This document shows positions 60,501-64,000 of a stretch of DNA of 64,000 nucleotides, one piece after another. The stretch is from a virus, in the IMG/VR virus record IMGVR_UViG_3300028844_002497, positions 2,793-66,792 of that record; one strand, 5' to 3'. The notes under the pieces were generated by a model, which was given only the letters and a program-made list of their open reading frames with translations, ran no database searches and had not been told where the DNA came from. Position 1 is the first letter of the stretch; each line of letters begins with the position of its first letter. A program made the position numbers and the translations under genes.

Positions 60501-61515
60501 TTTCATCTGCATGTAAATTAAGATCACCTTGTGTACGAATATTAACAGAGTTTGTACTAAAGACATCTACTGTTCCCTCTTTACCCAATTCAATATATGA
60601 TTGTCCATTTGAATGTAGGATAGATAACATCTGTCCGTCATCACTCATTAATATTTGATGTCCTAATGCTGTACGTAATCTAATTAATTGATCTCTGCCG
60701 ATGATGTCCCCATCATCCATAACAAGTGAGTGTCCACCTCGTCTTGTTACTACTCTAAAGTCTTCAGGTTCATCACCCAATCTGCTAGGAATATCTTCAT
60801 CTGTGGCTCCGCCTAAATAAACAGGTCTGCCCGGAGTACTTACACCCCAACCTACTCTACTTGATGCTTCTCTTGTTGCACTTGAGCCAATTGGTCCTCT
60901 ATATTTGTCTCTAAGAACTCCCTGTTGTTGCATAATAGATGCAGTATAACTATGAACGGGTTTTGCATCTTTCAGATAATTAACACTATTAGCAATATCA
61001 TCATTGTTTGTATTAATGTTAGTGGTAGGTAATCTTGTTGCACCACCATATGATTGTGCTTCGCCTTCACTAAGAGTTACATTTTCAAATGCACCAATTG
61101 CAGGAATCATTGACAATGTTTCTGGTTTAGGTATCGTACCTATATAAAATCCATAATTGGGATCACCATTAACAAATATACAAATGACTTGTGTTTCTTT
61201 ATCGGGCGGTGCATTCCATTGTCCATATGAACTAGGGTTTTGAGTATATGTTCCGTACTCTCCGGTATCATCGGGGCCTATAGGTGCTGTTTGTCCTGCA
61301 AATGTTGCTAATTTACCTACCCATATCCAATTATCAGAATTATATGCATCTTTATTATTATTTTCAGAAGGGTAAACTGCAATACGACCTTGATGTGTAG
61401 GATCTACTGTACTCATTACTGTACAGATAATAGGTACTTGAATTACAGAGGCTACTCCCGCTCCGGGTTGATTCCTTTTTAATTTACCTCTGGGTTTAAA
61501 AACATCAATAGTCAT
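57547..61515 (-). CDS. Baseplate central spike, gp5/VgrG-like (OB fold plus beta-helix), with a long Ala/Gly/Ser-rich C-terminal extension
   Basis: DPTHQGRIAV, SYGQWxxPPD..V.C.F.NGDP..G.YIG; RRGGHSLVMDDG..IRLRT..GHQILMSD..GQSYIEL. Confidence 0.8.
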   Translation of the reverse strand: MTIDVFKPRGKLKRNQPGAGVASVIQVPIICTVMSTVDPTHQGRIAVYPSENNNKDAYNSDNWIWVGKLATFAGQTAPIGPDDTGEYGTYTQNPSSYGQWNAPPDKETQVICIFVNGDPNYGFYIGTIPKPETLSMIPAIGAFENVTLSEGEAQSYGGATRLPTTNINTNNDDIANSVNYLKDAKPVHSYTASIMQQQGVLRDKYRGPIGSSATREASSRVGWGVSTPGRPVYLGGATDEDIPSRLGDEPEDFRVVTRRGGHSLVMDDGDIIGRDQLIRLRTALGHQILMSDDGQMLSILHSNGQSYIELGKEGTVDVFSTNSVNIRTQGDLNLHADETLNLSAKNVNINSSENTVLNADKEFKQRVGEDYSLYAIQDLKIKADAALAIEAEGQVGIKSGAEIFNEGTKIHLNDGAASLSPDVIEPIELIMHPDTLFDDVKGWAAALAKLPSITSRAPAHMPWMNANQGADVQVDPSAAGALPASPVDTIADLNADLAGDLGGPTSLPNPTTAASISEVSGISKSLDKNATSQMLSGVLSDTIDNLGAFATTTLGGTLTNMTNNAIGPATTAAVGLFGQTPSQMTQGGILKPGADIMVNTLISANAGDIGSKSYAEIPGVSNPLTTDSLSSVMPASIFSGKAGVNSLQQFTNSSGAQAKSAVQVMQKGQKALQTLGAMTGKESPGGVGAIVQGTMSTLSDKGNLTNNVKDVSTIITKSIGSNDNIPASATQVLNSMKTGATAMLASELSGGAGGIISALDTLNTSGLDLPGVGADLNIGAAASSFKSIVNSFPVLPANSPVDLAATAGAAAAAVAGASAGMTGLDLVNTDSISSGLADAVGAGGAGIDSFSGALTTASGAAAQIAASGDPGAVAAINNAVSDINAIAGDPTTLTQQGLLQAAALNVQTGTSSKISGAIASGVSQLPGGQKLAGSIVNNALGAVNPISDGLGKVTDALSDLGADAYAGIDAGNLAYEGLSGLGSIKDDFNSMTDQLTGKVTGALSSALSPGTTAALQSALSSLTAGGGSTIKLPVVAVNTYDRSSITNLIDSVLGDPIVPRPNLLGEIPSGTISAINTITQLKKTLSNDIQQLSVLSKGIAKTKAALFEAQTNFPAGSPEIAAAEAAYQQAASSTTYATLVQKVKAAEQQFNTVSVDLTIQPETNPFSDIENLLDNVSSAGNTADSFASESDNNNSNIGDSNYTLFSIDDIDQTDKYYDENTYSNILATIAKTYVPKDKTQFTDEPYSTDYKPVITGYPAPDNTVESVTGEDIGDGPLTVTDGQGGVGQDVYTDYGIITVNENTGVGGGGLKWYYNGTNWKLK

Positions 61516-63581
61516 TATGTTTCGCCGTTTCCTTCATTATTTTCACTTTCATTTTCGCCTTCTTCTTGTGAACCTGCTTCTTCTCCCGTTGTTGCTTCTT
61601 CTTCAGGGTCAGCAAATGTATTAATTGCACAAGATAAATCTTGTGTAAATTTTCCTTCACTAAACGTACTATCTATAGTTATAATTTTATAACTTACTCC
61701 TTTAATTGTGTTTTCTAGTGCCGCCGGATATCTAAAAAATAAAATAGAATCATTAAGATCCATTACACCTGTTTCGCCATTGTAATCTATTGCTTCTTTA
61801 AAGTCAATTTCAATAAAGACTTGACCGCCGTTTGCAGTTACTCTAAATCCATCGTCTCCGTAAAATCTTTGATAAACTTCATCAGGGCTACCTCGATGTT
61901 CTTGTACTAAAAAGTCTGGATCTCCTAATATCTTAATTTTTGCAGTAGCATATGAATCAGGAGAATACAAACTTGTTACATATTCATTTTGTGATGATCT
62001 TCCCCCACCCACAGCATTTAGTGTAGGCATAGATGTCTTTTTGTTTGTTGCAACAGGAGTTTGTGCGGCTCCACCAGAGCCTCTACCTTTTTGATCGTTG
62101 TCTTCATTATTTAAATTTGCATTTCCTAATACTTCATTGTAAAATAAATTATCTAACTTTTGTGAATATTCTAAAATTTCTCTATTTTCTCCAGTCCACC
62201 AATATTCATATCTTTTATGAGGACCATAATAATCTGTCGATGGATTAGTAACACTCGTAGTAATAATAGGTGTTTCATATTTTTCTATTCTAAAAATAGT
62301 TTGGTATGCCCAATCAACCACGATACTATCCCATTTGGCTTTTTGAATAACCGGTGTTACTTTATACCAAGCAACTTTTGTATTACTACCCGGATCTTCT
62401 TGAGGTTGTTCTCCTGTTGTCAAATCAGGAGTGGCCTGACTTTTATAAATGGCTTTTAATGCGTCATACATATAACCACTACCCTTAAGAACTTCGTCAA
62501 AGATTTCTATAAATGTAGTATCGCCATTAAATATTATTTTTCTATGTGCATCGTCTGGTACTGCTGTCGCGGCTTCAGCATCAGTTGCTTCAGATATGTT
62601 TAATGCGTCCCCGTCTGGTCCACACCATTTGCTTTTATCTGTATCAGTAGGTAAAATAAGTCTAGCATCTTTAATAGCATCTACGCCATCTCCTATATAC
62701 TCTATAGAATAAAGATTTGCAAACTCTGCTTCTCCCTGATCAACCTTTTGCTGTTCTATTTTATTAATTTGTGTGAATAGACCTTTACCAGGTATATCAT
62801 TGCCATTAGCATCTGGTGACCCGCCTCTCATAGCCTGATCAAATGTTTGACCAGAAATTGTTTTAGTTGAATCTATTCTACCTCTTTTTACACCAAATGC
62901 TTTTCCGGGAGATAATGCTACACCTGACAATGCATATCTTGTTGCACCACCTTCAATTGAAAATTTAATACCCGTAATACTAATATCATAGTATGTTTGA
63001 AATATAGAATTACCACTCGCATTTGCATCTAATACATCTCCTTCAAATTCTTCTTCGCCGGATATTAAATCACCATTTTCGTTATAACCTAAAAACTTAA
63101 CACCTATGATAAAAAACTGTCTGCTTGGGTTTTCAACTACACCATTACCTGAATATCCTGTTTCATTATAATATGATTGTAATTGATCACTTGCTCTTTT
63201 TAATTTTGTATTAAAAGAAAACCCGTATGGTTCTATAATATCAAATGTCACAGAATAAGTATTAGTAGAAGATTGAGTGGCTTCACCATTAATTGCTTGT
63301 TTTAATTTGAAATTATCTATATAATAATCTAAATCAAATCCCGGTGCTCTTTGAGATTGATCATTATTAATTCCACCTGACTGTGCAATTAAATATGCAC
63401 CACCTGTGTTAGTTTGACCAGTTGCTTCTTGTAATGCATTAATTGATCTTCTACCCGTTGCATTAAAAGCATCATATGCATCCGGAGTAATCATATACAA
63501 ACTTAGTTGATATGTATAAGAAGATAAGGCTCCTAAAGGATTCTTTAATCTTCTTCCTGGTGCATCAGTTGGACTAGGCAT
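61515..63581 (-). CDS. Baseplate hub / tail-associated protein (gp27-like, by position and motifs)
   Basis: NPL..SSYTY.LSLY, F.IIEPYG, KRYEYWWTG.N.EIL, IKILGDPDFL, Y.I..I.S.F..GKFTQ.L; lies between gp53-like and gp5-like genes. Confidence 0.6.
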   Translation of the reverse strand: MPSPTDAPGRRLKNPLGALSSYTYQLSLYMITPDAYDAFNATGRRSINALQEATGQTNTGGAYLIAQSGGINNDQSQRAPGFDLDYYIDNFKLKQAINGEATQSSTNTYSVTFDIIEPYGFSFNTKLKRASDQLQSYYNETGYSGNGVVENPSRQFFIIGVKFLGYNENGDLISGEEEFEGDVLDANASGNSIFQTYYDISITGIKFSIEGGATRYALSGVALSPGKAFGVKRGRIDSTKTISGQTFDQAMRGGSPDANGNDIPGKGLFTQINKIEQQKVDQGEAEFANLYSIEYIGDGVDAIKDARLILPTDTDKSKWCGPDGDALNISEATDAEAATAVPDDAHRKIIFNGDTTFIEIFDEVLKGSGYMYDALKAIYKSQATPDLTTGEQPQEDPGSNTKVAWYKVTPVIQKAKWDSIVVDWAYQTIFRIEKYETPIITTSVTNPSTDYYGPHKRYEYWWTGENREILEYSQKLDNLFYNEVLGNANLNNEDNDQKGRGSGGAAQTPVATNKKTSMPTLNAVGGGRSSQNEYVTSLYSPDSYATAKIKILGDPDFLVQEHRGSPDEVYQRFYGDDGFRVTANGGQVFIEIDFKEAIDYNGETGVMDLNDSILFFRYPAALENTIKGVSYKIITIDSTFSEGKFTQDLSCAINTFADPEEEATTGEEAGSQEEGENESENNEGNGET

Positions 63582-63802
63582 TAAATACTCAATACCTTTT
63601 TAAGAGTATCCATGGTAGGAACAAATATTTGTGCTCCTAACATATCAGGTCTAAATTCATATTGCGGAGTAATAGTAAAAGATGCATCTGATTGCAATCT
63701 AGGTATTTTTGGATATGGTTCCATAATGCCTAAATATGTGCCATCAGTGATTTCTGTTCTGTTGTATGGACTTGTCGGTGGATATATGTTATTGGAAGCC
63801 AT
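63581..63802 (-). CDS. gp53/LysM-like baseplate wedge protein, 73 aa, apparently lacking its central segment
   Basis: TSPY..T, YEFRPDML joined directly to GAQIFVP; ATG at 63802 overlaps the upstream TAA. Confidence 0.6.
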   Translation of the reverse strand: MASNNIYPPTSPYNRTEITDGTYLGIMEPYPKIPRLQSDASFTITPQYEFRPDMLGAQIFVPTMDTLKKVLSI

Positions 63803-63999
63803 TACCAAACTCCTGGTTTATTGTTTTGTGATCCACGCAATAATTTTCCTGTTGCATATTCTTTAACACTAAAGTCATTACTAATAGTATTTCTACTAAC
63901 AACTGGAACACATGTTATTGTCATTGTAATTTTTGTCGGTACATATGTGATTGCTTGATCTGTTTGTGCTTCAAACGTTGCAGGTGGTCTATTTCCACC
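63802..63999 (-). CDS. 3' end of a baseplate/tail-tube initiator-like protein (gp48/54-like), partial
   Basis: Manual translation ...TYVPTKITMTITCVPVVSRNTISNDFSVKEYATGKLLRGSQNNKPGVW*. Confidence 0.55.
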   Translation of the reverse strand, partial: GGNRPPATFEAQTDQAITYVPTKITMTITCVPVVSRNTISNDFSVKEYATGKLLRGSQNNKPGVW

Positions 64000-64000
64000 T

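Noticed and set aside
3434-63866. Many plus-strand ORFs of 60-200 aa (e.g. 32769..33362, 58889..59326, 59396..59761)
   Set aside because: Antisense shadows of long minus-strand genes, with no RBS or motifs. Only 11314..12853 is credible on the plus strand.
1-64000. Alternative genetic code or stop-codon reassignment
   Set aside because: Genes tile densely under code 11, and TAA, TAG and TGA all act as stops
1-64000. tRNA, rRNA, introns, inteins, transposases
   Set aside because: Intergenic gaps are mostly under ~110 bp and no such motifs were recognised by eye. A covariance-model scan would be needed to exclude small RNAs.

Overview
This is a 64-kb AT-rich (roughly one-third GC, estimated by eye) fragment of a large contractile-tailed (T4-superfamily/jumbo-like) phage. 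It is gene-dense, reads in standard code 11 and is almost entirely on the minus strand. The right half (31.3-64 kb) is the virion module: a gp48/54-like partial gene, gp53-like wedge, hub, gp5/VgrG-like spike with a long Ala/Gly extension, gp25, gp6, a ~6,400-codon structural gene split by one +1 frameshift near 44,980, and fibre proteins. The left half (1-31 kb) follows directly downstream and is a ~30-gene sugar and small-molecule tailoring cluster. It holds 5 twitch/SPASM radical SAM enzymes, 2 cobalamin-dependent radical SAM enzymes, a NodU/TobZ carbamoyltransferase, an amidinotransferase, a DegT aminotransferase, a GDP-mannose 3,5-epimerase-like SDR, 3 SGNH-like proteins, ~6 glycosyltransferase-like proteins, 2OG/cupin oxygenase domains, an outer-membrane beta-barrel, and a >1,000-aa Trp/Pro repeat protein missed by the ORF track. 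The best candidate for a new system is a late-expressed, phage-encoded glycan-tailoring pathway with aminoglycoside- and saxitoxin-like enzyme types, probably decorating the virion; this is inference. Other signals are near-total avoidance of AGCT and GCWGC, TAAATA late-promoter-like motifs, a likely ATT start codon and an apparent internal deletion in the gp53-like gene. No database searches were possible, so family calls rest on motifs recognised by eye.
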